A DNA stretch of 64,000 nt, taken from an uncultured Gammaproteobacteria bacterium. Lineage in GTDB: Bacteria > Patescibacteriota > Microgenomatia > Levybacterales > UBA12049. Position 1 is the first letter of the stretch; the number at the start of each line of letters is the position of its first letter. The stretch is from NCBI GenBank assembly GCA_964637955.1, contig CAZWXQ010000003.1, positions 31,154 through 95,153 of the forward strand. Direction: 5' to 3'. Positions 45,310 through 55,030 of this stretch are shown here, piece after piece. A model generated the notes under the pieces. It was not told the origin of the DNA. It ran no database searches and was given only the letters and a program-made list of their open reading frames with translations. Both the position numbers and the translations under genes were made by a program.

Positions 45310-46980
45310 ATGAAAAAATCACTAATGTTTTATTCGAGTGTTTTGATTTTTTCTCTAATAATTTCAGTTCCGCTTCTTATTCCTTATTTTCATCCTGGAT
45401 ATTTTCCAACTCATGATGGTGAGTGGGCTGTTGTTAGGCTTTCGGATATGTTTAGGGAGATTCATGATCTTCAATTCCCACCAAGGTATAGTGGGAATTT
45501 GAATTTTGGTTATGGATATCCATTATTTAATTTTGCCTATCCATTTCCATACTATTTAGGCATAATTATTCACTTATTAGGTTTTGGATTTGTAAGTAGT
45601 ATTAAGATAATTTTTGCACTAAGTATTCCAGTTTCAGCATTTTTTATGTTTTTGGCAAGTAGAAATATTTGGAAAAATAATTACGCGGGATTAATTAGCA
45701 GTGTTTTATATTTATATTTCCCTTATAGATTAGTTGATTTATTTGTCCGAGGATCCATCGGAGAATCAATTGCTTTTGCACTTTTTCCAATGATTTTACT
45801 TTGTTTCTCTAAATTAGTTGATAAGCCAAAATCTTCAGGATATTTCTTGGTTGGCGGAATTTTATATGGCTCCCTTATTCTTACTCATAACATCATGTCA
45901 GTTTTATTTTCTATTACAATTCTCATCTTCTTCATCGGGTTTTATATAAATGAAAGAAATAAAATTGTTAAACCTTTTGTTTCAACAGTTATTTTAGGAT
46001 TTGTTCTTTCTGCGTTTTTTTGGATGCCAGCGCTTCTAGAAAAGAAGTTCATCTTACTTTCTAAAACACCAATTGCTGATCGAGATTTATATTTCGTGAA
46101 TTTAAAAAGTTTACTTTTTTCAAAATGGGGATATGGAGTACCAACAGATCCAGCAAATGGATTTACATATCAAATAGGGTGGCCGTTTATTGGGATTTAT
46201 ATAGCTTCATTAATTACAATTTTCTATGCATATTATAAAAAAATAAAATTAAAAAAAGAATTAAATATTGCAATAGTACTTACTATTGGAGCTATAGTTT
46301 TTAGTCTTTTGCTTTTTTCATTTTCAAAACCAATTTGGAAATTGCCCCTTCTTTCTGAAATTAATTATCCTTGGATAATTCTCTCTCAAATGGCGTTTAT
46401 AATATCAATTCTTGGAGGATTTTTAGGAATTTTCAGATACTCAAAATATGTGGGTATTACGATTGCGATAGTTGCAATAATATTATATTTACCATATGCA
46501 AAACCTAAAAAATTTATAGATCACGGTGATAATTATTATTTTACAAATGATGCTACTACTACATCATCAAGTGAATTGATGCCTTTGTGGGTAAAAGAAT
46601 TTCCTCTTCAGAGAGCAAATGAAAAAGTTTTAATCCTGCAAGGAGAGGGTAAGGTAAATATTTTAGAACATAATTCGAAGTTGATTAAATTTAATGCAAA
46701 CTTAAGCTCAGATTCATTAATTAGAATTAATACTATTTATTATCCTGGTTGGAATTTTAAAATTGATGGTGCTAGTAAAGAAGTGAATTATTCAAATAAT
46801 TCTGGAGTTATGGATATAAAAGTTTCTAAAGGAAAACATTTGGTTACGGGGTCATTTTCAGAAACTAGAATAAGATTAATTGCTGATTTGATAACTGTAA
46901 TAGGAGTATTTTTCGTAATTATAATTACTTTTAAAGAATTAATGTTAATAAAATCCCATAAGCCTTCGGCTAAGGGATAA
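45310..46980 (+). CDS. GT-C-type membrane protein (YfhO/'PTPS-related' family)
   Basis: THDG, GYGYPLFNF, PYR..D.FVRG...E, C-terminal YYPGW. Confidence 0.82.
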   Translation: MKKSLMFYSSVLIFSLIISVPLLIPYFHPGYFPTHDGEWAVVRLSDMFREIHDLQFPPRYSGNLNFGYGYPLFNFAYPFPYYLGIIIHLLGFGFVSSIKIIFALSIPVSAFFMFLASRNIWKNNYAGLISSVLYLYFPYRLVDLFVRGSIGESIAFALFPMILLCFSKLVDKPKSSGYFLVGGILYGSLILTHNIMSVLFSITILIFFIGFYINERNKIVKPFVSTVILGFVLSAFFWMPALLEKKFILLSKTPIADRDLYFVNLKSLLFSKWGYGVPTDPANGFTYQIGWPFIGIYIASLITIFYAYYKKIKLKKELNIAIVLTIGAIVFSLLLFSFSKPIWKLPLLSEINYPWIILSQMAFIISILGGFLGIFRYSKYVGITIAIVAIILYLPYAKPKKFIDHGDNYYFTNDATTTSSSELMPLWVKEFPLQRANEKVLILQGEGKVNILEHNSKLIKFNANLSSDSLIRINTIYYPGWNFKIDGASKEVNYSNNSGVMDIKVSKGKHLVTGSFSETRIRLIADLITVIGVFFVIIITFKELMLIKSHKPSAKG

Positions 46981-47020
46981 GAGGCTCTAGGGCTCCGCTT
47001 AAGGCGAATCGTCAAGGAGC
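46955..47020. repeat. REP-like GC-rich hairpin element between paralogous genes
   Basis: AGCC-TTC-GGCT inside CCC...GGG, then GCTCC...GGAGC enclosing CGCT-TA-AGGCG. Confidence 0.5.
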
Positions 47021-47037
47021 TTCAAAGAATTTTTAAA

Positions 47038-48744
47038 ATGAATATATTAAAGAAAAACGCATATTTAATTTTTGTAATTTTATTTACAGTAGTTGCAATT
47101 CTTCCTTTATTTCATTCTGGATTTTTTCCAATGCATGATGATGAGCAGGTGGGAAGGTTATTTGAGCTTAATAATAGCTTAAGTGCTTTTCATATTCCTC
47201 CTAGGATTTCGCAGAATCTTGGATTTGGATATGGCTATCCACTTTTTAATTTTTATCCCTCTTTTGTTTATTATGTTGCTGAGATATTTGTTTTACTTGG
47301 ATTTGGTTATATAGCCTCTATAAAAATAATGATTGGGATTGGGTTTATTCTTGCTGCAATCTTTATGTATTTATTTTCAAAAGAGTATGTGGGTAATTTA
47401 GGAGGTATGGTTGCAGCAGTTTTATATACATATGCTCCTTATCATAGTATAGATGTTTATGTTCGTGGAGCGCTTCCTGAATTTTTTTCATTTGTATTTA
47501 TTCCAGCTATTTTTTGGGGGATTAATAGATTAAGTAAAAATCAAACTTTTGGAAATATCATTATGCTTGGAATATTTGGGGCATTTCTTATGTTAACGCA
47601 TAATCTTGTTTTACTGATGAGTATTCCATTTGTGTTTATTTATTTTCTTTTTACTATTTATAAAAATAAATCTTGGAAAAGTTTTTTGATCGCAGTAACT
47701 CTAAGCGGAATAATCGCACTCTTATTATCAGCCTATTTTTGGATACCAGCAATTTTAGAAAATAAATATACGATGGTAAGTTTATTAACAAAAGAACTAG
47801 CTGATTTTAAACTTCATTTTGTATCTGTTCCGCAATTTTTTAATTCATCATGGGGTTATGGTGGATCAATTTTAGGGCCAATGGATGGATTTTCATTGGA
47901 AGTTGGGAAATTACATTTAGTACTAGTTTCAATCGCAATTTGCTTGTTGTTAATTAATTATATTAAAACAAAAAGTAAGTCAGGAGGAATTTTAGTAATC
48001 TTTATTTTTATGTTCTTCTTTTCAATTTTTATACAAAGTTATTATTCAAGTATTATTTGGGAGAATTTAAAAGCTTTGTCATACATTCAATTTCCTTGGA
48101 GATTTATGCTTTACGGCGTATTTACTTCATCTTTTATTGCTGGATATATTTTTGCATTTAAATTTGATGCAAGATTAAAATACATACTCGCAGGAATAAT
48201 TATATTAATATCACTTTTTTATTACGGCTCATTTTTTAGGCCAGATAGATATCTAAAAGTTACTGATAAAGATTATATTTCAAAAAATATAATTAGATGG
48301 AAAACGAGCGCGATGGCTTTTGAATACGTTCCAATGGGGATTGCAACGAAAAGATCAGATCTCAATACGACTATCGTTGACATTGATGAGAGTAAAATTG
48401 CTAAAAAAACTGCAGAATCATTGTCTAAAAAAGTATTTATTGATGTAAAAACTGATAAGCCTCAGTATAAAAAGTTTGAATACGTTGCTCAAAATGATTC
48501 TGAAATTCGCGTAAATACATTCTCTTTTCCAGGTTGGAAAGTGCTTATTAATGGTAAGGAAATAAGTTATAATGATAAAAACAAATTAAAACTTATAACA
48601 ATAAAAGTTCCAAAAGGTAGTGGTTTGGTTGAGGTTATTTTTGAAGAAACCAAGATTCGAAAAATTGCTAACTACTTAACTCTTTTTGGAATGATTATGG
48701 TTATAGGCATGATTCCATATTATAAAAAGAAATTAAAAATATGA
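47038..48744 (+). CDS. GT-C-type membrane protein (YfhO/'PTPS-related' family), paralog of the upstream gene
   Basis: MHDD, GYGYPLFNFYP, PYH..DVYVRGALPE, QFPWRF, FPGW. Confidence 0.82.
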   Translation: MNILKKNAYLIFVILFTVVAILPLFHSGFFPMHDDEQVGRLFELNNSLSAFHIPPRISQNLGFGYGYPLFNFYPSFVYYVAEIFVLLGFGYIASIKIMIGIGFILAAIFMYLFSKEYVGNLGGMVAAVLYTYAPYHSIDVYVRGALPEFFSFVFIPAIFWGINRLSKNQTFGNIIMLGIFGAFLMLTHNLVLLMSIPFVFIYFLFTIYKNKSWKSFLIAVTLSGIIALLLSAYFWIPAILENKYTMVSLLTKELADFKLHFVSVPQFFNSSWGYGGSILGPMDGFSLEVGKLHLVLVSIAICLLLINYIKTKSKSGGILVIFIFMFFFSIFIQSYYSSIIWENLKALSYIQFPWRFMLYGVFTSSFIAGYIFAFKFDARLKYILAGIIILISLFYYGSFFRPDRYLKVTDKDYISKNIIRWKTSAMAFEYVPMGIATKRSDLNTTIVDIDESKIAKKTAESLSKKVFIDVKTDKPQYKKFEYVAQNDSEIRVNTFSFPGWKVLINGKEISYNDKNKLKLITIKVPKGSGLVEVIFEETKIRKIANYLTLFGMIMVIGMIPYYKKKLKI

Positions 48745-49451
48745 AAAAAATAAGTAATTTATCCATTTTCTTTCCGTTTTGGAACGAAGAAATGAATATT
48801 GAAAAAGTTGTAACTACTGCGATTCCACATATTAAGAAAATTGCAGAGAAGTGGGAAATAATAATTGTGGATGATGGTTCAGTTGATAAAACACTTGAAA
48901 AAGCTGAAAAATTAGCAAAAGACAATCAAAATATACGTGTAATTTCTCACTCTCCGAACAGAGGTTATGGCGCTGCATTAAAAGCAGGATTTGAAAATTC
49001 AAAATTTGATTATGTAGTATTTACGGATGGAGATGCGCAGTTTGATTTTGGAGAAATTTATAGATTTGTGGAAGAAATTAATAAAAATGATATTGTAATA
49101 GGCTATAGAAAAAAAAGACAAGATAATAAAGTAAGGCACATTCTCATGAATCTTCTTAAAGCTTGGGATTATGTTTTCTTTAAGTTTTGGTTTAAAGATA
49201 TAGATTGCGGATTTAAGATGTTCAAGAAATCAGCACTCGATGAAATCATGCCATTTAGAAGTGAAGGGGCTATGATAACGACTGAAATACTTGCAAAATC
49301 TGTTAGAAAAAAACTAAAAATAAAAGAAGTAGAAGTAACTCATTACCCAAGGGAGTTTGGTAATCAGTCAGGAGCAAATCTAGCTGTAATTATTAGGGCA
49401 GTTCTCGAAAGCTTAATTCTTTGGTGGGACATAAGGAACAAAAGGATTTAA
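48741..49451 (+). CDS. GT2 polyprenol-phosphate glycosyltransferase (DPM-like)
   Basis: FPFWNE, VDDGS, NRGYGAAL, FTDGDAQ, DIDCGFK. Confidence 0.92.
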   Translation: MKKISNLSIFFPFWNEEMNIEKVVTTAIPHIKKIAEKWEIIIVDDGSVDKTLEKAEKLAKDNQNIRVISHSPNRGYGAALKAGFENSKFDYVVFTDGDAQFDFGEIYRFVEEINKNDIVIGYRKKRQDNKVRHILMNLLKAWDYVFFKFWFKDIDCGFKMFKKSALDEIMPFRSEGAMITTEILAKSVRKKLKIKEVEVTHYPREFGNQSGANLAVIIRAVLESLILWWDIRNKRI

Positions 49452-50899
49452 TGGAAGATTTTAATCTAGAACTTGTAGCCAGAAAATCAGTTAAGAGTAT
49501 TTTTGCTTTAACTTCAAGAACTTTTTTAATTCAGATACTTGGTGTAATTGCGAGTTTCATCTTAACGGTCTATCTTTCTCCATCTGATTTTGGAGTATTT
49601 TTTATAGTATCCTCTTTTGTAGTTTTTTTGAATTACTTTTCAGATATTGGTCTTGCAGCTTCACTTATTCAAAAAAAAACGGAGCCAACCCTCGATGAAT
49701 ATAGAAATGCTTTTACCGTTCAGCAAATGTTGGTTTTGGCACTAATAATACCAGTTTTTTTTCTGACCCCTGAAATTGCAAAATATTTTAAAGTCGAATC
49801 TCAAGGCATTTATCTTATTTATGCTTTTCTAATATCTTTTATTCTATCTTCTCTTAAGACAATTCCTACAGTTATGCTTGAGAGAAAGCTAGATTTCCAT
49901 AAGCTTGTGATCCCTCAAATTGCAGAAAATCTTATTTACAACCTGGCATTAATTTTTTTAGCGATCGGGGGATATGGGGTTACAAGTTTTACTATAGCGA
50001 TAGTTTTAAGAAGTATTGTAGGGCTTGTGATTACTTATTACATAATGCCATGGAAGATAGGATTCGCATATCACAAAGATACTTTAAAGTCTCTTTTAAG
50101 ATTTGGTATCCCTTTTCAAATTAATAGCCTGCTTGCATTAGTAAAAGATGACCTTATTAACGTTTATATAGGAAAAACACTCCCTCTTCAAGAAGTAGGA
50201 TATATAGGATTTGCGCAGAAATGGGCTTTTTTGCCTCTAAGACTTGTTATGGATAATGTAATAAAGATTATGTTTCCTTCATTGTCTCGCTTGCAGCATG
50301 ACAAAAACGCACAAAAGATTGTTATAGAAAAATCACTTTTTGCAATCGCTTTTTTCATAATGCCAACAGCCGTAGGTTTTATAATGCTATCTCCTTATTT
50401 CATAGATTTAATACCGAGTTATCAAAAATGGGCTCCAGCATATATTTCTATAATATTCTTTGCTCTAAATACTGTCGTTGGATCTCTTTCTACTCCTATA
50501 ACAAATTTCCTATACGCAACTGGAAAAGCAAAGATTACTCTTTATTTCATGAGCGCATGGACATTGCTGACATGGATACTAACTCCAGCACTTATTATAA
50601 AATTTGGATATAACGGTGTTTCAGTAGCTTCATTTTTGGTAGCATTTAGTACTCTTTCAATTTATTTTGTGGCAAGAAGATATGTAGAATTTTCTTTCAT
50701 TGGACCAATCATAAAACCACTAACTACATCTTTAATTATGATGTTGTTTATTTATTTCACCCAAGGAATAATAACTTCGTTACCCCTATTAGTAGTTGAT
50801 GCTGTATTGGCGGGATTGGTTTATCTTTCAATTGCGTTTATTTTATCCAGAAAAGATATTTTACGAATCCTCTCATTTATTAGGAGCAATGAAAAATAG
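49451..50899 (+). CDS. Wzx-like oligosaccharide flippase
   Basis: LSPSDFG, SDIGLAASLIQ, LERKLDF; about 12 or more TM segments. Confidence 0.88.
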   Translation: MEDFNLELVARKSVKSIFALTSRTFLIQILGVIASFILTVYLSPSDFGVFFIVSSFVVFLNYFSDIGLAASLIQKKTEPTLDEYRNAFTVQQMLVLALIIPVFFLTPEIAKYFKVESQGIYLIYAFLISFILSSLKTIPTVMLERKLDFHKLVIPQIAENLIYNLALIFLAIGGYGVTSFTIAIVLRSIVGLVITYYIMPWKIGFAYHKDTLKSLLRFGIPFQINSLLALVKDDLINVYIGKTLPLQEVGYIGFAQKWAFLPLRLVMDNVIKIMFPSLSRLQHDKNAQKIVIEKSLFAIAFFIMPTAVGFIMLSPYFIDLIPSYQKWAPAYISIIFFALNTVVGSLSTPITNFLYATGKAKITLYFMSAWTLLTWILTPALIIKFGYNGVSVASFLVAFSTLSIYFVARRYVEFSFIGPIIKPLTTSLIMMLFIYFTQGIITSLPLLVVDAVLAGLVYLSIAFILSRKDILRILSFIRSNEK

Positions 50900-51815
50900 T
50901 ATGAAAAAAATATATATTATACTTATAAATTATAATAGGGAGAAATTAACAGAAGAGTGCTTGGATTCGCTTCTGAAAATAAAAAGTCATGGTTTTGAGT
51001 TGCACACAGTAGTAGTTGATAATGATCCTTTAAATAGAGGAGATATAAATGAAAAAAAGTATTCTGACATTAATCTCAAGATAATTTTTAGTCCTGCAAA
51101 TAGTGGTTTTTCCGGTGGAATGAACTTGGGAATAAAAGAGGCTTTTAAAAATAATGCTGATTACGTTTTAATACACAATAACGATACATACGTAAAAGAT
51201 GATTTTTTACAGAAATTATTTGAATTTGCAGAAAAAAATAGTGATGCTGGAATAATCGCACCGAAGATTTATTTTGCAAAAGGTTTTGAATTTCATAAAG
51301 ATAAATATAAAGAAAATGAGTTGGGAAACGTTTTTTGGTATGCGGGTGGAAAGATTGATTGGGGAAATGTGATAGGGAGTCATATTGGCGTGGATGAAGT
51401 AGATAAAGGCCAATATGATGAGGTAAAAAAAACGGAGATCGCAAGTGGATGCTGTATGCTTATAAAGTCAAGCGTATTCAAAAAAATTGGATTTTTTGAT
51501 GAGAAGTATTTTTTATATTACGAAGATGCAGATTTATGTATAAGAGCAAAAAAAGCAGGATTTAAAATCTATTACATTCCAGAGTCAGTTATTTGGCATA
51601 AGAACGCAGGATCCACTGGTGGATCTGGCTCTAAGCTTCAAGATTACTATATAACTAGAAATAGATTATTATTCGGTATGAAATTTGCTCCAATTCGTTC
51701 GAAAATGTCTCTAATTAGAGAAGGGTTTAAGCTTGCATTTAAAGGAAGGCAGTGGCAAAAAGCAGGAGCGAGAGATTATTTTCTTCATAGATTTGGTAAG
51801 AGTATATATTTTTAA
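50889..51815 (+). CDS. GT2 glycosyltransferase (WbbL-like)
   Basis: NSGFSGGMN, HNNDT, GCCMLI, YFLYYEDADLC, YYITRNR; start at 50889 or 50901. Confidence 0.9.
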   Translation: MKNSMKKIYIILINYNREKLTEECLDSLLKIKSHGFELHTVVVDNDPLNRGDINEKKYSDINLKIIFSPANSGFSGGMNLGIKEAFKNNADYVLIHNNDTYVKDDFLQKLFEFAEKNSDAGIIAPKIYFAKGFEFHKDKYKENELGNVFWYAGGKIDWGNVIGSHIGVDEVDKGQYDEVKKTEIASGCCMLIKSSVFKKIGFFDEKYFLYYEDADLCIRAKKAGFKIYYIPESVIWHKNAGSTGGSGSKLQDYYITRNRLLFGMKFAPIRSKMSLIREGFKLAFKGRQWQKAGARDYFLHRFGKSIYF

Positions 51816-51820
51816 TACGC

Positions 51821-53953
51821 ATGACAGACATTAGTAAATATTCCTCAAGAAAGAGTAAATTCAAGAACCTAATATCCGATCACTTTGATGTTTTTGCAAT
51901 TCTAACAATTTTTTTATTTTTTGCTTGTTTGTTTATTGTTAAGAGAAATACATTTATCCATTCTTATGACGAAGGATACTGGAAAGACAGATTTGAGCAT
52001 TCAAGATATGCTCTTCCTTTATCTCAAAGAGGGCTTGGAGACGAAGGTCTATATGCTTATGCTGGATATAAAGCTATCAACGGGAGTGACCCAATTAAAA
52101 TTGTATTTGATAAGCCAGCATTAGGAATTTTTATAATTGGGACATTTATAAAAATATTTAATAATCCTGCATATTCAGGTTTAATTTTAGGATTTGGTGT
52201 AATTATTGCATTTTATTATTTGGCAAAAAGACTTTTAAAAAATAGTAAATTAGCATTGTATAGTTCTATTTTGTTATTTCTATCTCCAATTCTTTTTAGT
52301 CATTTTTACATTTCTCTTCTTGATTTGCCTCAATTGCTATTGCTTCTTTTAAATCTCATCTTTTTTTATGACTCTGTATTTGGAGAAAGAAAAAATAAAG
52401 GAATACTGTTATTAAGTGCACTTCTGTTAGGGCTTTCATTTGAGATTAAGATTCCACTGTTCTTGCCAATTTTAATTCTTTTAGAAGCAGGATACTTAAC
52501 TTTTAAAAAACAGATAACTGATTTATCTTTTTACATTTTAGGATTAATCATATCGATATTCATCTCATTTTCCGTGTATTTTATCCACGGATATGATTTT
52601 TTTGGGTTTATAAAAGTACAAAAATATATTTTATCAATCTATTTATCATCTACGCTTTCAGTTCATGTTGAAGCTATTTGGCAATTCCTTTTGACGGGTT
52701 CGTTTCCAGATATATCAAGTGGGATTCCAAAATATATTCAAGAATGGTCAATCATGCTGGCAGTTTTTACGATTTTAGGAATATTTTTTTCAGTTTTGAT
52801 TTTATTTTCTAAAAAAAAGATTTATTGGAAAGGTATTTCTGTATTTATATTGGCTAATTGTCTAATCCTTACAATAATTCCATCTTATCCTAGATATGTT
52901 TTGATAATTTTTCCTTTCTTGATTTTAGTAACCATGGAATATTTATCGAAAATCTTGAAGCCAAGGTTTTTTGGTGTTTTTATTTCAATTTCTGTAATTT
53001 ATTCTTTGGTTGTTGCTGCATTATATCTTCATCCTAAACCTACTGAAGAGCTTGGTAAGTTTTACATTAACTACAGTAATAATTATTTTCAGGATGTATA
53101 TGAAGAAAACTTAGCTGATGATTCACGTCCGGATTTGTCTCGTACTGAATTTTTTAACAAGCTTTATAGCACTTATCAGGATGCTTCTATTTATTCGGTT
53201 ACGGTAAAAGAGTTAGAGAACAATATATCTAGATTTGATACTGAAGGTGAGGTTACAGCTAGATTTACATACAATACTTATTTCTTGGGTAAATATTTTG
53301 AAGATAAAAAAATAAAACTAAAAAAAGAAGATAATCAGTGGCAGGTAGTATGGGATTGGAATTATGTATTTAATGATTATGAGCCAGAATATTCCTTTAG
53401 TTTGAGTAGAGATATTGGAGAAAGAGGGAAGTTAATTAGTTCACTTTCTGGAACATTTGCGCAAGATAAAGAAGGATATTTAATTGAATTTAATCCTAGT
53501 CTAATGAATCCGGATCAGGAAAATGAAATGCTTAAATTTTTGAGCAAAATTAGTCGAAAACCAACTTTAAGCATACAAAATGCATACTTGGAGAATGTAC
53601 CTGTGGGAAAATATATTCCTCTTGTTACATCTCTTAAGACACTTTCTGCAAATGAGATTAAATATTTAAATGAATTTAAAGGTATTAGGCTTAAAAAGTC
53701 ACCAGCTAGAATTTATACAGCAATGGAAAATAGGGAGGTAATTCAGAATATGAGATTTAAAGAATGTTGTACTCTGATATATAGTGCCGAAAATTATCAT
53801 GGAGCAAAGATTATTAATAATCCTGAATATATTTTCGATGAACAGTTATCTGGTCAAGATGGCGGTAAATTATTAATGTTAAATAAAGAAAATGAAGTTA
53901 TTAGAACAATAATTGATAAAAAGAGTAAAAATGGTAAGGATGTAAGTATCTAA
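51821..53953 (+). CDS. GT-C glycosyltransferase fused to MecA_N (NTF2-like) and PBP-dimerisation-like domains
   Basis: GDEGLY, DKPALG, TM bundle; then WQVVWDWNYVF, ERGKL...FAQD, FDEQLSGQDGG, NGKDVSI-stop. Confidence 0.72.
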   Translation: MTDISKYSSRKSKFKNLISDHFDVFAILTIFLFFACLFIVKRNTFIHSYDEGYWKDRFEHSRYALPLSQRGLGDEGLYAYAGYKAINGSDPIKIVFDKPALGIFIIGTFIKIFNNPAYSGLILGFGVIIAFYYLAKRLLKNSKLALYSSILLFLSPILFSHFYISLLDLPQLLLLLLNLIFFYDSVFGERKNKGILLLSALLLGLSFEIKIPLFLPILILLEAGYLTFKKQITDLSFYILGLIISIFISFSVYFIHGYDFFGFIKVQKYILSIYLSSTLSVHVEAIWQFLLTGSFPDISSGIPKYIQEWSIMLAVFTILGIFFSVLILFSKKKIYWKGISVFILANCLILTIIPSYPRYVLIIFPFLILVTMEYLSKILKPRFFGVFISISVIYSLVVAALYLHPKPTEELGKFYINYSNNYFQDVYEENLADDSRPDLSRTEFFNKLYSTYQDASIYSVTVKELENNISRFDTEGEVTARFTYNTYFLGKYFEDKKIKLKKEDNQWQVVWDWNYVFNDYEPEYSFSLSRDIGERGKLISSLSGTFAQDKEGYLIEFNPSLMNPDQENEMLKFLSKISRKPTLSIQNAYLENVPVGKYIPLVTSLKTLSANEIKYLNEFKGIRLKKSPARIYTAMENREVIQNMRFKECCTLIYSAENYHGAKIINNPEYIFDEQLSGQDGGKLLMLNKENEVIRTIIDKKSKNGKDVSI

Positions 53954-53988
53954 TTTTGTATACTTAGAGTGTAAGTTAATATAATAAT

Positions 53989-54735
53989 ATGAGTCTATCA
54001 ACCATAATTATCACAAAAAATGAAGAGAAAAATATAGCAGAATGCATAGATAGCGTGCATTTTTCAGATGAAATAATTGTAATTGATAATGAGTCTTCAG
54101 ATAGGACAATCGACTTGGCTAAAAAATATGGAGCAGAAGTAATTTCTAAAAAATTTGATGATTTTTCAAAGCAACGTGAAGAGGGACTAAGAATAAGTAA
54201 ATCAGATTGGATATTATACTTGGATGCAGATGAAAGAATAACAAATGAATTAAAAGTTGAAATATTAAGTATTATTTCAGATGAAAGCTCAAGAGATGCA
54301 TATAAGATTAAAAGAAAAAATTTTTATTTCAGAAAATACGAATGGCAAGTTGTTGAAAAAATGGAGCGCTTGTTTAAGAAGTCTAATATTTCAGGTTGGC
54401 ATGGAAAAATTCACGAAAGTCCAACAATAAAAGGTGATATTGGTGAATTAGAAAATCCAATGCTTCATTTTACCCATAGTGATTTAACTTCAATGTTGTC
54501 AAAAACAATTAAGTGGTCTGATGCTGAGGCTAAGATTAGATTGGATGCAAATCATCCGAAGATGACATGGTGGAGATTTCCAAGAGTCATGATATCAACT
54601 TTTTTAAGCTATTACATTAAGCAAAAAGGGTATAAATTGGGGTCAGCAGGGCTTGTTGAGAGCGTTTTTCAGAGTTATTCTACATTTATTACTTATACCA
54701 AGCTTTGGGAGCTTCAAGCTTCTAGATCTTCCTAG
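53989..54735 (+). CDS. GT2 glycosyltransferase (beta-1,4-glucosyltransferase-like)
   Basis: IITKNEE, DFSKQR, WILYLDADE, IHE. Confidence 0.9.
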   Translation: MSLSTIIITKNEEKNIAECIDSVHFSDEIIVIDNESSDRTIDLAKKYGAEVISKKFDDFSKQREEGLRISKSDWILYLDADERITNELKVEILSIISDESSRDAYKIKRKNFYFRKYEWQVVEKMERLFKKSNISGWHGKIHESPTIKGDIGELENPMLHFTHSDLTSMLSKTIKWSDAEAKIRLDANHPKMTWWRFPRVMISTFLSYYIKQKGYKLGSAGLVESVFQSYSTFITYTKLWELQASRSS

Positions 54736-54976
54736 GTAGAAAATTTTTATTTTTAAAATCTTCAAATGTCATTTTTGGCTTTGCAAATCTAAAGAGATAA
54801 ATTATTTCAAGAACACCAAATGTTAGTGAGTTTAGTATCAAGATAATTACGAACCAGTTTGTTTGATCTGCTTTTGCAGCTCGCCAAAGAGCAAGACATT
54901 TCCAAAAAAGTAGCCAAATTAAAAAGGCTAATGCAAAAAAGGGGTTAAAGCCTCCACTTATTCCGCCAAATTCCAT
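54722..54976 (-). CDS. Small membrane protein (DUF5652-like)
   Basis: WKCLALWRAAK..Q..WF...N...GVLEIIY; TATCAT 6 nt upstream. Confidence 0.75.
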   Translation of the reverse strand: MEFGGISGGFNPFFALAFLIWLLFWKCLALWRAAKADQTNWFVIILILNSLTFGVLEIIYLFRFAKPKMTFEDFKNKNFLPRKI

Positions 54977-55030
54977 AGCTAAATGATAGCATTTCTTTTA
55001 AAGCAAATCAAAAATTGTTATCATTAAATA

